From NCBI GenBank assembly GCA_036336855.1, contig JAYZFI010000036.1:14871-78870 (forward strand): DNA of 64,000 bases. The letters run 5' to 3'. The notes under the pieces were generated by a model that did not search any database, was not told where the DNA came from, and worked only from the letters and a program-made list of their open reading frames with translations. Positions 43,927-54,523 of this stretch are shown piece by piece. Positions within the stretch are counted from its first letter, which is position 1. Each line of letters begins with the position of its first letter. The DNA comes from Candidatus Latescibacterota bacterium (GTDB taxonomy: Bacteria; Latescibacterota; UBA2968; UBA8231). Made by a program: the position numbers and the translations under genes.

Positions 43927-45367
43927 CGTAGGTGCGGGCGATCTTCGGATCTGTGTTGGCCAGGGCGATGAGGTTCCTCAAGGCCGCATGGAGCCGCACC
44001 GCTCCCTCAGGATGCTGGGCGAGCAGGTTGATCTCCTGATCGGGGTCCGCGTCGAGATCGAAGAGCTCGTCCACCCGACGCTCCGGCATGCCCGTGTTGG
44101 GATAGGTCTCCTGGCGTACGGGCTTCCGACCCTTGTAGGCGAGGTCCTTGTTGGGCCAGTACTGAAGAGACCAACGACCATCGGTGACCATCGCCGGAAC
44201 GGTACCCCAGTTGTCATCAAGATTGCGCCCACTGATGGCGACTTCGCGGTGGGCAACGTCTGGATTGCCGATTACCGGCGCGAAAGATCTGCCATTCAGG
44301 TCGGTGGACGCCGGCAGACCGGCGAGCTCGCACAAAGTCGGAAACAGGTCAATAGGCTGCACTAGCGCCTGCGAGCGAGCACCCACCGGTCCATCGGGTT
44401 TCCGCAGCATCAATACCTGCCGCACCATGGGCTCGTAGAGCTGACCAAGATCCCCCCACGGCTTGCCTTGTAGCCCGTGGTCGCCAAAGTAGTGCCCGTG
44501 ATCGGACATAAGAACGACAATGGTGTTGTCGTACAGACCGAGTAGCTCCACCGTGTCGAGGAAATACCCGACCCAGCGATCGGTCATAGTCACTTCGGCT
44601 GCGTACAACGCCCGCGTGTGGTTGAGTTCCGCCTCGCTCATGAAATCGAGAGAGAATCCGTAACATGGGTATTGAATCTCATCTCCCGTCCATCCTCGAT
44701 CGTAGAGATCAACGTAGTACTGGGGCGGATCCCAGGGCTCGTGGGGGTCCCAGCTGTCGATCCACAGAAAGAAGTCAGACTGGTAGTTCTTCTCCAGCCA
44801 ATGCATGGCCTCGCGGAACACCCGGGGTCCGAGGTAATCGCACTCGTAACGTCTGCGACTTTGGTTCAGCAAATAGCGGTGCAGGCCCGACTTCACCTTG
44901 TGTTCCGCCGCCGGCAGCTTGATGTCGAGGCTGGCATCGGCGATCCACGGCTCGCCGCCCTGTCCGCGAATCCACTCGATGGAACCGAAGCCACGATCCA
45001 GGAAATTGCCTTGGGTCATGAAAATTGGGGTGTCGAAGATGAGGCCCGTGGAGTGACCCGCTCGTCGGAAAGTCTCCGCCAGAGTCGGCAGGTCGCGCTC
45101 CATCTCGTCCCAAGTGTTAAAGGGATGTCCCCAGCGGCCCGTGAACAGGTCACGCCGACAGGGCAGTGTGGGAAAGGAGCCGGCATAGGCGCGATCGAAC
45201 ACCAGACTGTGGTGTGCGAAGCGGTCCATTGCCGGAGTGCGCGCCCGTCCTCCAGGACCCGCACCCCCGGGCCAGTCGTCGGCCCCCTTGCCGCCGGTGT
45301 GGGCTTTTCCGTAGACGCCCACGTGGTCGGTGCGCAGGGAGTCGAGCATGATGCAGATGACGTTCAA
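43910..45367 (-). CDS. Sulfatase-fold (alkaline-phosphatase superfamily) enzyme with Thr at the nucleophile position
   Basis: [28 protein letters not shown] (aligning to CxPxR...LTG) and [12 protein letters not shown]. The TTG start at 45367 forms a TTGA overlap with the upstream ATPase stop and is preceded by AAGGGGAAGGA. Confidence 0.8.
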   Translation of the reverse strand: MNVICIMLDSLRTDHVGVYGKAHTGGKGADDWPGGAGPGGRARTPAMDRFAHHSLVFDRAYAGSFPTLPCRRDLFTGRWGHPFNTWDEMERDLPTLAETFRRAGHSTGLIFDTPIFMTQGNFLDRGFGSIEWIRGQGGEPWIADASLDIKLPAAEHKVKSGLHRYLLNQSRRRYECDYLGPRVFREAMHWLEKNYQSDFFLWIDSWDPHEPWDPPQYYVDLYDRGWTGDEIQYPCYGFSLDFMSEAELNHTRALYAAEVTMTDRWVGYFLDTVELLGLYDNTIVVLMSDHGHYFGDHGLQGKPWGDLGQLYEPMVRQVLMLRKPDGPVGARSQALVQPIDLFPTLCELAGLPASTDLNGRSFAPVIGNPDVAHREVAISGRNLDDNWGTVPAMVTDGRWSLQYWPNKDLAYKGRKPVRQETYPNTGMPERRVDELFDLDADPDQEINLLAQHPEGAVRLHAALRNLIALANTDPKIARTYDASPS

Positions 45368-46389
45368 CGCTGTTGTCCTTCCCCTTGCGTCGCCCCCCGA
45401 AGTTGTTCGGAGTGATGGCATCTCACCCAGTGACGGGGTAACAACTCGCGCAGCACGGGCAACTCTTCGCGACAACGGCCCTCGTCGGTGTGTACGCAGC
45501 GCGGATGGAAGGCGCAACCCAAGGGAGGTTCAGCGGGGTCGGCGATCTCTCCCTGCAACGAGGATTCCCAGCTGCGTCGATCCGGGTCCGGTTCGGGCAC
45601 GGCGGCAAGCAGGGCCCGCGTGTATGGGTGTTGGGGATTCTGAAATAGCTCTTCGGTCTCCGCGAGCTCGACGATGCGTCCGACGTACATCACTGCCACA
45701 CGGTCGCACAGGTGCCTCACGACGCTGAGATCGTGGGCGATGAAGATGTAGGTTAGCCCGAGGTCGGCCTGCAGCTGCTGTAGAAGATTGAGGATCTGCG
45801 CCTGCACCGACACGTCGAGAGCGGATACCGGCTCGTCTGCGACGATGAGCCGGGGTCGCAGGGCCAGACCGCGGGCAATGCCGATGCGCTGGCGCTGACC
45901 GCCGCTGAAGGCGTGGGGGTAGCGCAGCATGTGCGCCGGGTTGAGCCCTACCTGGGCCAGCAGCACCCGCACCCGCGCCTCGCGTTGCTGCCGATCCTTG
46001 AGGCCATGCACGAGCAGAGGCTCGCCCACGATGTCGGAGATCGTCATGCGCGGGTTCAGGGATCCATAGGGATCCTGGAAAATGAGCTGTATGTGCCGCC
46101 GCAGCGACCGCAACTCGTCGCCAGCGACTGTCGCCATGTCAACGGGGTCGCCATTCGCGGCGAACAGGATCTGCCCAGAAGTGGGGTTCAGGGCGCGCAG
46201 AATGCAGCGTCCCACCGTGGTCTTTCCGGAGCCACTCTCCCCCACCAAGCCGAGACACTCACCTTCATGCACGTCGAAGCTGACGCCGTCCACAGCACGC
46301 ACCGTTCCCACTTGGCGGTTGAGTACGCCTCGTGTAATGGGGAAATGCTTGGTCAGGTCGCACACCTGCAGTAGCGGGTGTGGGTTCAC
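45364..46389 (-). CDS. Opp/Dpp-type ABC transporter ATP-binding protein (OppF-like)
   Basis: Walker [10 protein letters not shown], signature SGGQRQR, Walker B LIVADEP and a C-terminal oligopeptide-ATPase extension. The GTG start at 46389 forms a GTGA overlap. Confidence 0.9.
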   Translation of the reverse strand: MNPHPLLQVCDLTKHFPITRGVLNRQVGTVRAVDGVSFDVHEGECLGLVGESGSGKTTVGRCILRALNPTSGQILFAANGDPVDMATVAGDELRSLRRHIQLIFQDPYGSLNPRMTISDIVGEPLLVHGLKDRQQREARVRVLLAQVGLNPAHMLRYPHAFSGGQRQRIGIARGLALRPRLIVADEPVSALDVSVQAQILNLLQQLQADLGLTYIFIAHDLSVVRHLCDRVAVMYVGRIVELAETEELFQNPQHPYTRALLAAVPEPDPDRRSWESSLQGEIADPAEPPLGCAFHPRCVHTDEGRCREELPVLRELLPRHWVRCHHSEQLRGATQGEGQQR

Positions 46390-47420
46390 GCTCCCCCTCT
46401 TTCCCGGTGACGTTTCAAGCAAGCCGTTCTGTGGCCATCTCCAACGGGATCGATGAGCAACGGCCGCTCGCCGACGTCGCAGAGTCCGGATTCCGCCTCC
46501 TGGCAGCGAGGATGGAAAGGGCATCCAGACAAGCGCTCGAAGGGATCGGGGACGCTGCCTTCGATGACCTCCAACTCCCCCTTGCGGTTCTCGATCTGCG
46601 TGCCTGGCAGCGAACGTTGCAGCGCGGCCGTGTAGGGATGTCGTGGCTCAGCGTAAATCGAACGCACCGGGCCGGCCTCGACGATCCGTCCCATGTACAT
46701 CACCGCCACCTCGTCCGCCATCTGTGCTACTACGCCGAGGTCGTGGGTAATGAGCAGGATCGCCATGTCGAACTCTTGCTGTACTTGTCGCATCAGCAAC
46801 AAAATCTGCGCCTGAATGGTCACATCGAGAGCGGTGGTGGGCTCGTCGGCGATGAGTAAAGCGGGTTGGCAGGACAACGCAATGGCAATCACAATCCGCT
46901 GCCGCAAGCCGCCACTGAGCTCGTGGGGATACTGGTAGAACCGGGTCTCGGGCGTTGGGATTCCCACCAGTCGCATGATGCTAAGAGCGCGCTCCCGCGC
47001 TTCGGCCTTGTCGACATCGGAGTGCAATTGCACCGCCTCCACGATCTGGCTGCCCACGGTGTGCACCGGGCTCAGGCTGCTCATGGGCTCCTGGAAAACC
47101 ATGGCGATGTCGCGCCCTCGGATCTCTCGCATCTGCCGACCGTCCTCGTCGAGATCGGTGAGGCGCACGTCGCCATCCTTGCCGTGCAGGACGATTTCGC
47201 CGTCCACGATACGACCCGGGTTGGAAATCATACGCATGATGGAGAACGCGGTGATGGTCTTCCCGCAGCCGCTCTCTCCTACTACGCACATCGTCTTCCC
47301 CCTAGGGATCGTCAGATCGACACCGTCCACCGCCTGCACCACACCCTCGTCGAGAAAAAAGTGGGTCTTCAGCCCTGAAACGGTAACGATGGGAAGAGGT
47401 GCGGACGTCATCCGGGTCAT
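46386..47420 (-). CDS. Opp/Dpp-type ABC transporter ATP-binding protein (OppD-like)
   Basis: Walker A GESGCGKT, signature SGGLRQR and Walker [13 protein letters not shown]. The ATG at 47420 forms an ATGA overlap. Confidence 0.9.
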   Translation of the reverse strand: MTRMTSAPLPIVTVSGLKTHFFLDEGVVQAVDGVDLTIPRGKTMCVVGESGCGKTITAFSIMRMISNPGRIVDGEIVLHGKDGDVRLTDLDEDGRQMREIRGRDIAMVFQEPMSSLSPVHTVGSQIVEAVQLHSDVDKAEARERALSIMRLVGIPTPETRFYQYPHELSGGLRQRIVIAIALSCQPALLIADEPTTALDVTIQAQILLLMRQVQQEFDMAILLITHDLGVVAQMADEVAVMYMGRIVEAGPVRSIYAEPRHPYTAALQRSLPGTQIENRKGELEVIEGSVPDPFERLSGCPFHPRCQEAESGLCDVGERPLLIDPVGDGHRTACLKRHRERGGA

Positions 47421-48550
47421 CGCGAGTAGGGATCGGCGGCGTCGCGCAATCCGTCGCCGACGAAGTTGAAAGCGAGCACAGCGATGATGACGAAGCACGC
47501 CGGCGTCAGCAGCCACGGTTGCATGGCTACAGCCTGCACGTTCTGCGCCTCTTTCAGCAGCACCCCCCAGCTGGTAATCGGTGGCCTGAGTCCCAGTCCC
47601 AGAAAACTCAGCGCCGTCTCGCCGAGAATCATGTTCGGCAGAGTCAACGTCAGGCTGACGATGATGTGACTGGTAAAGGCGGGCAACAGGTGCCGAAGCA
47701 TGACCCGCCGCTGACTAGCGCCGACAAGCAACGCCGCAGTAGCATAGTCTTCTTCGCGCAGCGACAGGATCTTGCCGCGCACCACCCGCGCCAGACCAGT
47801 CCAGCCGAGAAGGGAGAGCACCACGGTGATGCCGAAGTAGACCTGTAGGGGTGACCAAGTCACCGGCAGCGCCGCCGATAACGCCATCCACAAGGGAATC
47901 GAGGGAAAGGACCGCAACACCTCGATTAGGCGCTGAATCAAGTTGTCGATCCAGCCGCCGTAGTAGCCGGAAGCGGCGCCGATGGTAAGCCCGAAGATGA
48001 AGCTCAGCGCCACGCCGATGAGGCCCACGGTCAGCGAAATCCGCGATCCATAAATGATGCGGGAGAGCAGATCGCGCCCTAGGGCATCCGTGCCCAGCAG
48101 GAAGAGTGTGCCCCCCTCTTCCACACCAAACAGATGCAGGTCGGTCTCGAAGATTCCCCCGAGCTTATAGGTCAAACCGCTCGCCAACAGCTGTAGAGGG
48201 TATTCACGGTTGGAGTCCTCGGCGTAGACCATGCGCAACGTTTCCGGGTGGCGGCGCCCCTCCAGCCCGTACACGACGGGCCACAGATGCAATCCTCCGT
48301 CAGCGCCGATCCAGTGTAGACGCTGCGGCGGCGCGTACTGGTAGGACAGGTTCTGCTCGTCGAGGCCGTATGGCGCAACGAATTCGCAGAGCAAGGCCAC
48401 GGCGTACAGACAGAGTATGACCCGCCCCGCCCACACTGCCAACCGATGGCGGGCAAACTTGGCGCGCATGAGTTGCCACTGCGACGCCATGTAGTGAGCG
48501 TCTACCGCGGTGCGCACTTCCGCTGCCTCGTGCCGGGCCAGCACCGTCAC
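47417..48550 (-). CDS. Opp/Dpp-type ABC transporter permease (OppC-like)
   Basis: Hydrophobic BPD-type permease with an EAA-like block (YATAALLVGASQRRVMLRHLLP). The GTG at 48550 forms a GTGA overlap with the oppB-like stop. Confidence 0.85.
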   Translation of the reverse strand: MTVLARHEAAEVRTAVDAHYMASQWQLMRAKFARHRLAVWAGRVILCLYAVALLCEFVAPYGLDEQNLSYQYAPPQRLHWIGADGGLHLWPVVYGLEGRRHPETLRMVYAEDSNREYPLQLLASGLTYKLGGIFETDLHLFGVEEGGTLFLLGTDALGRDLLSRIIYGSRISLTVGLIGVALSFIFGLTIGAASGYYGGWIDNLIQRLIEVLRSFPSIPLWMALSAALPVTWSPLQVYFGITVVLSLLGWTGLARVVRGKILSLREEDYATAALLVGASQRRVMLRHLLPAFTSHIIVSLTLTLPNMILGETALSFLGLGLRPPITSWGVLLKEAQNVQAVAMQPWLLTPACFVIIAVLAFNFVGDGLRDAADPYSR

Positions 48551-49635
48551 TGGCTTTCCCGTTCCTCGTAGCGAATGCGCGGATCCAGCCACAGCAGAAG
48601 CAGATCGGAGATCAAGGTGCCGATCACGGTGAGCATGCTGAGGATCATCACCATGGAGCCGGCGAGATACATGTCCTGCTGCTCCAAAGCGCGCAGCAGA
48701 AGGGGGCCCGTAGTCGGCAGCCCCAGCACTACCGCCACGATCACCGAGCCCGAGACGATACCGGGTAACACCCACCCCACAGTACTGACCAGCGGATTCA
48801 GAGCCATCCGAACCGGATACTTCCACAACAGCTTCCACGGTCCCACACCCTTGGCGCGCGCCGTCATCACATATTGCTTGGGCAGTTCGTCGAGTAGATT
48901 GCCGCGCATAATGCGGATGAGCCCGGCGGTACCCGCCGTTCCGATGACGATGACGGGAATCCACAGATGGGCGAGAAGATCCATGAAGCGCGCCAGACTC
49001 CATTCGGCATTTTCGAACTGCGGCGAGAACAGCCCGCCCGCGCTCACTCCGAATACCGAGTATCCCACGTACATGAAGACGAGGGCCAGCAGGAAATTCG
49101 GCGTCGCCAAACCGATGAAACCGAGCACAGAGAACACGTAGTCTCCCGCCGAATACTGGCGTACGGCGGAGTACACGCCGATGGGAATGGCCAGCGCCCA
49201 AGTGAACAGTAGGGTGACGATGGAGATCACCATGGTTAGCACCAGGCGCTCGCGAATGAGCTCGATCACCGGTCTCTCCCATTCGAAAGACTTGCCGAGA
49301 TCCGGCCACTTGAAGGTGGGCCAGTTGAAGGTCCTGCTGCCATCAGTCTCGACTATCCAGATGTACTCACCAGCGTGGGTACGCGGGAATCCGACGGGCA
49401 TGAGGTCGTTGAGCCAGCGGCCGTACTGGAAGACGAAGGGCTGGTCCAGGCTATAGCGCTTGCGGAGTGCCTCCACCTGCTCCTCATTCACGGTCTCCCC
49501 CGTCTCTTCCAGTGCGGTGATGTACGAAGTCAGGTAATCACCGGGCGGCAACTGAATCAGAGCAAAGGAGACCAGGGAGATAATCCACAGGGTGGGTATC
49601 ATCCACAGAAGCCGATTCAGAAGCACGCCGACCAT
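48547..49635 (-). CDS. Opp/Dpp-type ABC transporter permease (OppB-like)
   Basis: The N-terminus LLNRLLWMIPTLWIISLVSFALIQLPPGD is typical of OppB/DppB. An EAA-like block is YVMTARAKGVGPWKLLWKYPVR. The start shares 1 nt with the SBP stop. Confidence 0.9.
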   Translation of the reverse strand: MVGVLLNRLLWMIPTLWIISLVSFALIQLPPGDYLTSYITALEETGETVNEEQVEALRKRYSLDQPFVFQYGRWLNDLMPVGFPRTHAGEYIWIVETDGSRTFNWPTFKWPDLGKSFEWERPVIELIRERLVLTMVISIVTLLFTWALAIPIGVYSAVRQYSAGDYVFSVLGFIGLATPNFLLALVFMYVGYSVFGVSAGGLFSPQFENAEWSLARFMDLLAHLWIPVIVIGTAGTAGLIRIMRGNLLDELPKQYVMTARAKGVGPWKLLWKYPVRMALNPLVSTVGWVLPGIVSGSVIVAVVLGLPTTGPLLLRALEQQDMYLAGSMVMILSMLTVIGTLISDLLLLWLDPRIRYEERESQ

Positions 49636-51695
49636 CAGACCTCCCCCTCCTCCTCGATGGCGTAACACTCCGGTGCCGTCGCCCCCGGCGTACGCAGGGG
49701 CCAGCAGGCCACGGCCGTCTCTGGCACGTTGCGGAAGGTGTTCTTCACCACGAAGATCTGCGGCACACCCCCCACCGTGCCGATGACCCATAGATTCTGT
49801 CGGTTGATCTCGATGATCTCCTTGAACAGCCGGATCTGCTCCTGTTCAACCACCGTCCCCCGCATCTTCTCGAATAGCTCGATACAGCGCATCATCTCCG
49901 GCGGCGGCTTCTCTCCCTTGGCACCGTTGGTGCGATACCAGCGTGCGTAGTCGAGTCCGTGGAAAGAGGAGGTGCTATATGGCAGAAACCAGCGCGGATC
50001 AAGCACGGGGATGATCTCCCCTGCTCCACCCCACACATGCACGTCGCACAGCAACGCCTCGCGACGCTGCCTATAAAGCTGACGTGCCGTGGTTTTTAGC
50101 TTGGCCTTGACCCCCACCGCGGTCCAGTCCGCCACCGCCATCTCGAATAGCCGGTTCATCGCCGACTGCGTAGACGACGTCTCCAAGTGAATGACCAGGG
50201 GCTCGCCGTCGGAACGTAATCGAATGCCTTCTTCGTTGTGCGCCGTCAGTCCCATCTCGTCGAGCAAGGCGTTCGCCTTCTCTGGCGAGTACTCGAGGTA
50301 GGCGTTCTCGTAATCCGCCACGTAGTAGCGCGACTCCGGCGGTGGCGCCACCTGGCGAGGGTAGCCGAGACCGAAGAAGTTGATCTCGTTGATGGCGTCG
50401 CGATTGAGGGCGTGGGACAGGGCGATGCGGAAGCGACGATCCGAGAACAGTTTGCGCAGCACCGGATCGCGGTGGTTGAGATTAGGGCTCAGCGTCCCGG
50501 TGCCATCGCCGCCGTCAATCCAGTGCCTCACCTGGTAACCACCGCTCTCACGGTTGGCCATGAACAGCGGGTAATCAGGCGTGTTCAGGTGCCGCCCCTG
50601 CATGCCGATCTCGCCATTGATGACCTTCAGGTTGATGGTCTCAATGTCGTAAATATCGAAAGTGATTTCATCGATGTAAGGCAACTGCTGTCCATTGTCG
50701 TCCACTTTCCAGTAGTAGGGATTGCGATGAAAGACGGCCGGACGCGACGGCGGCGGCTGCTTGCACACCCATGCCCAGATCCGCGGCACCTCGGGGTTGC
50801 GCCATTCGTGACGGTCCTTAAACAGCTGATGCCAGAAATCCCGTCCGGCCTCCCGCGTCTTGTGCTTGAGCTCCTCCTCCAACACGTAGCGCTTGTGGAA
50901 CTGCTTCATGTAGTGCTTGGGGTAGCTCACCAGCGTGTACGATAGGTTGGATGCCAGCTGCTTGAGGAACAGGCCGTTGGGACGGTCGAAGCGAAAGCGC
51001 ACGGTGAAGCTGTCGAGCTTCACCACTTGTACCAGCTCGCCGCCAGGCCGGTAATCCATGTCGATGACCGGCGTGAGATCGGACTCGAGCAGCACATCCT
51101 CGTACCAGAATAGGATGTCGTCGGCGCTGTAGGCGTGGCCATCCGACCAGTGCACACCGCGGCGTAGGTGGAAGGTATAGGTACGGCCACCCTCACCGAT
51201 CTCCCAGTGAGTGGCAAGATTGGGACGGATCTCTCGCCCCATAGGCCCCCAGCGAACGAGCCCGTCGTAAGCGAGACGAGCACTGAAGATTCCCACATCG
51301 CTAGGCCCAGTTCCGTAGCGTACCCAGGTTCCCCCGTACGGTCCCTGCTGCTCGACAGGAATCACTACCAGGGGATTCTCCGGCAGCCGTTCTTCCACTG
51401 GCGGCAGCTGGCCCGCTGCAACCATGGATTGCCATTCCGGCGCTTCCGAGAATGCGCGCCCGCGCTCGGGCAACCATTCCGCGATCTCGTTCATCTCCAC
51501 CTCATCTCCGTGCGACGGGCGGCGCATTACCTGCAGGGCATCGAGCTCGCGCAGGTCGACATCATCGGCAGCGGACAACCAGAACGTGAGGTCACCGAAG
51601 ACAATGACGACCACAGACATAGAGAGGGCTACGGCACCATAGGGGACTAGCCGCCGTAGGATCCGTTGCAGACATGGTGGAACGGAGTGGTTCAT
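49635..51695 (-). CDS. ABC transporter substrate-binding protein, family 5 (peptide/nickel/oligosaccharide type), N-terminally membrane-anchored
   Basis: 686 aa. The blocks NLATHWEIGEGGRTYTFHLRRGVHWSDG and FNRNPYYWKVD-like are typical of SBP_bac_5. The N-terminal hydrophobic helix has no lipobox Cys. Confidence 0.9.
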   Translation of the reverse strand: MNHSVPPCLQRILRRLVPYGAVALSMSVVVIVFGDLTFWLSAADDVDLRELDALQVMRRPSHGDEVEMNEIAEWLPERGRAFSEAPEWQSMVAAGQLPPVEERLPENPLVVIPVEQQGPYGGTWVRYGTGPSDVGIFSARLAYDGLVRWGPMGREIRPNLATHWEIGEGGRTYTFHLRRGVHWSDGHAYSADDILFWYEDVLLESDLTPVIDMDYRPGGELVQVVKLDSFTVRFRFDRPNGLFLKQLASNLSYTLVSYPKHYMKQFHKRYVLEEELKHKTREAGRDFWHQLFKDRHEWRNPEVPRIWAWVCKQPPPSRPAVFHRNPYYWKVDDNGQQLPYIDEITFDIYDIETINLKVINGEIGMQGRHLNTPDYPLFMANRESGGYQVRHWIDGGDGTGTLSPNLNHRDPVLRKLFSDRRFRIALSHALNRDAINEINFFGLGYPRQVAPPPESRYYVADYENAYLEYSPEKANALLDEMGLTAHNEEGIRLRSDGEPLVIHLETSSTQSAMNRLFEMAVADWTAVGVKAKLKTTARQLYRQRREALLCDVHVWGGAGEIIPVLDPRWFLPYSTSSFHGLDYARWYRTNGAKGEKPPPEMMRCIELFEKMRGTVVEQEQIRLFKEIIEINRQNLWVIGTVGGVPQIFVVKNTFRNVPETAVACWPLRTPGATAPECYAIEEEGEV

Positions 51696-51781
51696 GAGAG
51701 TAGAGGGGAAGAAGGTTGCTGAGCCCGGATTTCGCCAGCCCTTGACGGCGTGGGCTCTGAATTCGCCTCTTTCCCCTTGCC

Positions 51782-53020
51782 ATGAGCCGACTCTACTACA
51801 ACGAAGAAGGGCGAGTAATGCCTTCTCTCGGCGAGGAGCTGACCCGCTTTCGCCGCGTCCGCAAGCATCTGGATCTGCCTGCCACCGAATTCCCGGCCGT
51901 TCTCTATATCCTCGCCCGTCCCGATCCCCAGACCCATGGGCCCCTTCACATACGCGTTAACAATGCGGATCTACCTCCGGTGGCCGCGTCGAAGCCGGGC
52001 GTCTACCAGTGGTATGCCATCGAGGTGTCTCCGGATCGACTGCGTTCGGGCGACAATTGCTTCGAGCTGTGGACGGAGTCCGTCGCCATGGACGGCTGGA
52101 CCCTGGCCCTGGAGGCGGGACATGGAAGGCCGGGCAGCGAGCGCAGCGACGATGCGGGAGTCAACTGGCGGCGCGATCGCATGGGCTATCTGAACAACGT
52201 GTGCGCCGAGTACGTCCTCCGCATCCGACTCGCCGAGGGCGAAGATCCACCACCGGCTACCCTCCCGCTGGAGGACTGCAAGTCCGCGAGAATGCAGGCC
52301 CTACGTGACAGCCTCCCCGAGGCAGTGCAACGTAAGGTCCCGCCGTTGGAACGGATCCGAACCATCTCCACCTGGCTGGGGTCGAGCTGGGAGCACACCG
52401 CATCGAATCGTGCCGAGCAGTACGGCCCCTGGGAGGTGGAGACTATCCTCGCCTGGGGAGCTCGACGCCAGGGGCACAACGGTAAGCGCCCCATTGTCAT
52501 GTGCGTGCATTACGCAGCCGCCATGGTCAGCGTTGCCCAAGCCGTGGGCCTATCGGCCCGTTGCGCCGTTCTCACTGAAGCCCCCAACGGCTCCGCTGGG
52601 CATTTCGTCGCCGAAGTCTGGGTGCCCGAGCTCGAGAAGTGGATCGTCGTCGACCCCAATTCAGACACGCTGTTCGTGCGACACGGCATTCCCATGTCGA
52701 TGACGGAGATTCAGGACGCCGGTGCTGACGTCGGCGACCACATCGAGTTCGGCCCCGGCAGCGAATTTCAGCTCGGATTCTCTCACATGGTCGAATTCTG
52801 CGAAAAAAATCTGAAGAAGGGAGTCTGCTTCCAGCACCGAAGTGTCTGGTATCGTGCCGACCTACTCACTCGCCCTGAGTTCTCGCCACCAGGCCACGGC
52901 TCGCTCAGTTATTGCGAAACTGGTTTGATCTGGGAACAACGCGACCTCGACCGCGGCTTCGGCATGTTTCCTAGCTTCGGCTCGCCGGAGTTTTTCAATT
53001 CACCACCTCCTCCCCCATAG
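51782..53020 (+). CDS. Transglutaminase-like cysteine-protease-fold protein
   Basis: The Cys-His-Asp arrangement is CVHYAAAMVSVAQAVGLSAR ... GHFVAEVW ... VVDPN. The N-terminal beta-rich domain is of unknown function. Confidence 0.75.
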   Translation: MSRLYYNEEGRVMPSLGEELTRFRRVRKHLDLPATEFPAVLYILARPDPQTHGPLHIRVNNADLPPVAASKPGVYQWYAIEVSPDRLRSGDNCFELWTESVAMDGWTLALEAGHGRPGSERSDDAGVNWRRDRMGYLNNVCAEYVLRIRLAEGEDPPPATLPLEDCKSARMQALRDSLPEAVQRKVPPLERIRTISTWLGSSWEHTASNRAEQYGPWEVETILAWGARRQGHNGKRPIVMCVHYAAAMVSVAQAVGLSARCAVLTEAPNGSAGHFVAEVWVPELEKWIVVDPNSDTLFVRHGIPMSMTEIQDAGADVGDHIEFGPGSEFQLGFSHMVEFCEKNLKKGVCFQHRSVWYRADLLTRPEFSPPGHGSLSYCETGLIWEQRDLDRGFGMFPSFGSPEFFNSPPPPP

Positions 53021-53034
53021 GCACTCGATAGAGA

Positions 53035-54507
53035 TCACTCAAGCAAGCGGCTCGGCCAAAGGTCGTAGGCCACGGTCACCTCTACATCCTCCACCACAAC
53101 CTTGCTCCGCAGGCCCTCGGGGCGCTCGAGCAGGGCGATTTCCAGTCGGTTCTCGCCCCGGCGCAAACGCTGCGTACCCGAGAGCTCGATCTCCAGCCAC
53201 TGACCCTGATAGGGAGAAACGGGCATGATTGGAAAGCGGCGCACGCCCTGCATCAGTGGCAATCGCTCGCCGTTGACACGGATTTCCAGGCGATCGTCGC
53301 TGACTAGGTCAGTCAACGCCAATCGTAGGCTCATGCGGCCAATACGTTTCCCCGTCGCCTCCACGTCGTCGCCAATACGGACGGGAATCGCGAAAGTGCG
53401 ACCGAGGTCACTCGCCGGATCCATGGATATTGGCAGGTGCGCCGGGTAATCCACGTCCACCACATACGGCACATCGGTGCTGCGCCGCAGGAAGTAGTGT
53501 TTATCCTTGTCGACGATCTGGTCAGGTGAAGACAGCTCGCTGAGCACGGCGCGCTCCCGGTCTCCTAGCGGCCAGCGCATAAACCAGCTGTACATACCGT
53601 CGACACCGGCCTGCCAAGCATTAGCCGCCGCCCCTCGGTACATCTCTGGCGTGGGGTACTGGCGAGCAATGAGGGCTCGGCTCTCATCTGCGTAGTAGGG
53701 CTGCAGCATGGCATATACGGAAACATCCCGGGCATGAGCGGCTCTCACGATCCAGTCGATGGGCATGGCACCGTCGAGGATCATGAAGCCGTAGACTAGG
53801 GGCACCACGTAATCCACCAGGCCCTCTTCGAGCCAGCGTTCCACCTGCAAGCCAGTCTTCTCATTTGCCTCGCGGGTGGGATAGACGCGAGCACCGACCA
53901 CGCGATCTCCCACATGGTTCACGGCATCACGGGTCCGGCGCAGCCACTCCGTCATCTCCGAGCCTAAGGCGGCGGCACGATCCTGGGGAAACCAGTACGC
54001 CGTTCCTCCTGGCGCCCCCGCGAAATCAAGTTCTACGCCTTCGGCGTCGTACCCGGCGAGTTCCACCACGGCGCGCTGCATGAAGTCACGGACCGAGGGA
54101 TCCGCCATGCCGGGCCCGCCTTCGCGGGTGCTCAGATTTTGATCGAGACCGGCGTACGCACCCATGCGCAGCGAAGACAGAAAGTCCATGCCACGATCGT
54201 GGGCACGGTCGATGAGAACCTGCAACGGGTCAAGATCGCGGTCGACAAGGCTCTGCATGTTCTGCCAGACCCGCCAGTACGCCGCCTGTTCAAAATTTCC
54301 CACCATGTCCTGGCCAAAGCGTGTTCCCACCCGAGAGGGGTAGAACCAACCGTCATCACGCGACACACCGTAGATAAAGGTGTCCACCCCAGTGTCGGCC
54401 ACTTCGTCCACCGGCACCCAGGCGTCCTCTAAACGCATCGGAGGCTCGAAGACGAACAGGTAATAATGGCGGGCATCGTTGAAATAGATGGTTCGGCGCT
54501 GGCGCAC
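53035..54507 (-). CDS. Uncharacterised TIM-barrel glycoside-hydrolase-like protein, paralog 2 of 3
   Basis: The GTG start is preceded by GGAGGAGGG. It shares blocks with 33142-34746 and 54524-56134: IYFNDARHYY, EGVELDFAG, WLEEGLVDYVVP. Confidence 0.65.
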   Translation of the reverse strand: MRQRRTIYFNDARHYYLFVFEPPMRLEDAWVPVDEVADTGVDTFIYGVSRDDGWFYPSRVGTRFGQDMVGNFEQAAYWRVWQNMQSLVDRDLDPLQVLIDRAHDRGMDFLSSLRMGAYAGLDQNLSTREGGPGMADPSVRDFMQRAVVELAGYDAEGVELDFAGAPGGTAYWFPQDRAAALGSEMTEWLRRTRDAVNHVGDRVVGARVYPTREANEKTGLQVERWLEEGLVDYVVPLVYGFMILDGAMPIDWIVRAAHARDVSVYAMLQPYYADESRALIARQYPTPEMYRGAAANAWQAGVDGMYSWFMRWPLGDRERAVLSELSSPDQIVDKDKHYFLRRSTDVPYVVDVDYPAHLPISMDPASDLGRTFAIPVRIGDDVEATGKRIGRMSLRLALTDLVSDDRLEIRVNGERLPLMQGVRRFPIMPVSPYQGQWLEIELSGTQRLRRGENRLEIALLERPEGLRSKVVVEDVEVTVAYDLWPSRLLE

Positions 54508-54523
54508 AGTTCCGCCCTCCTCC

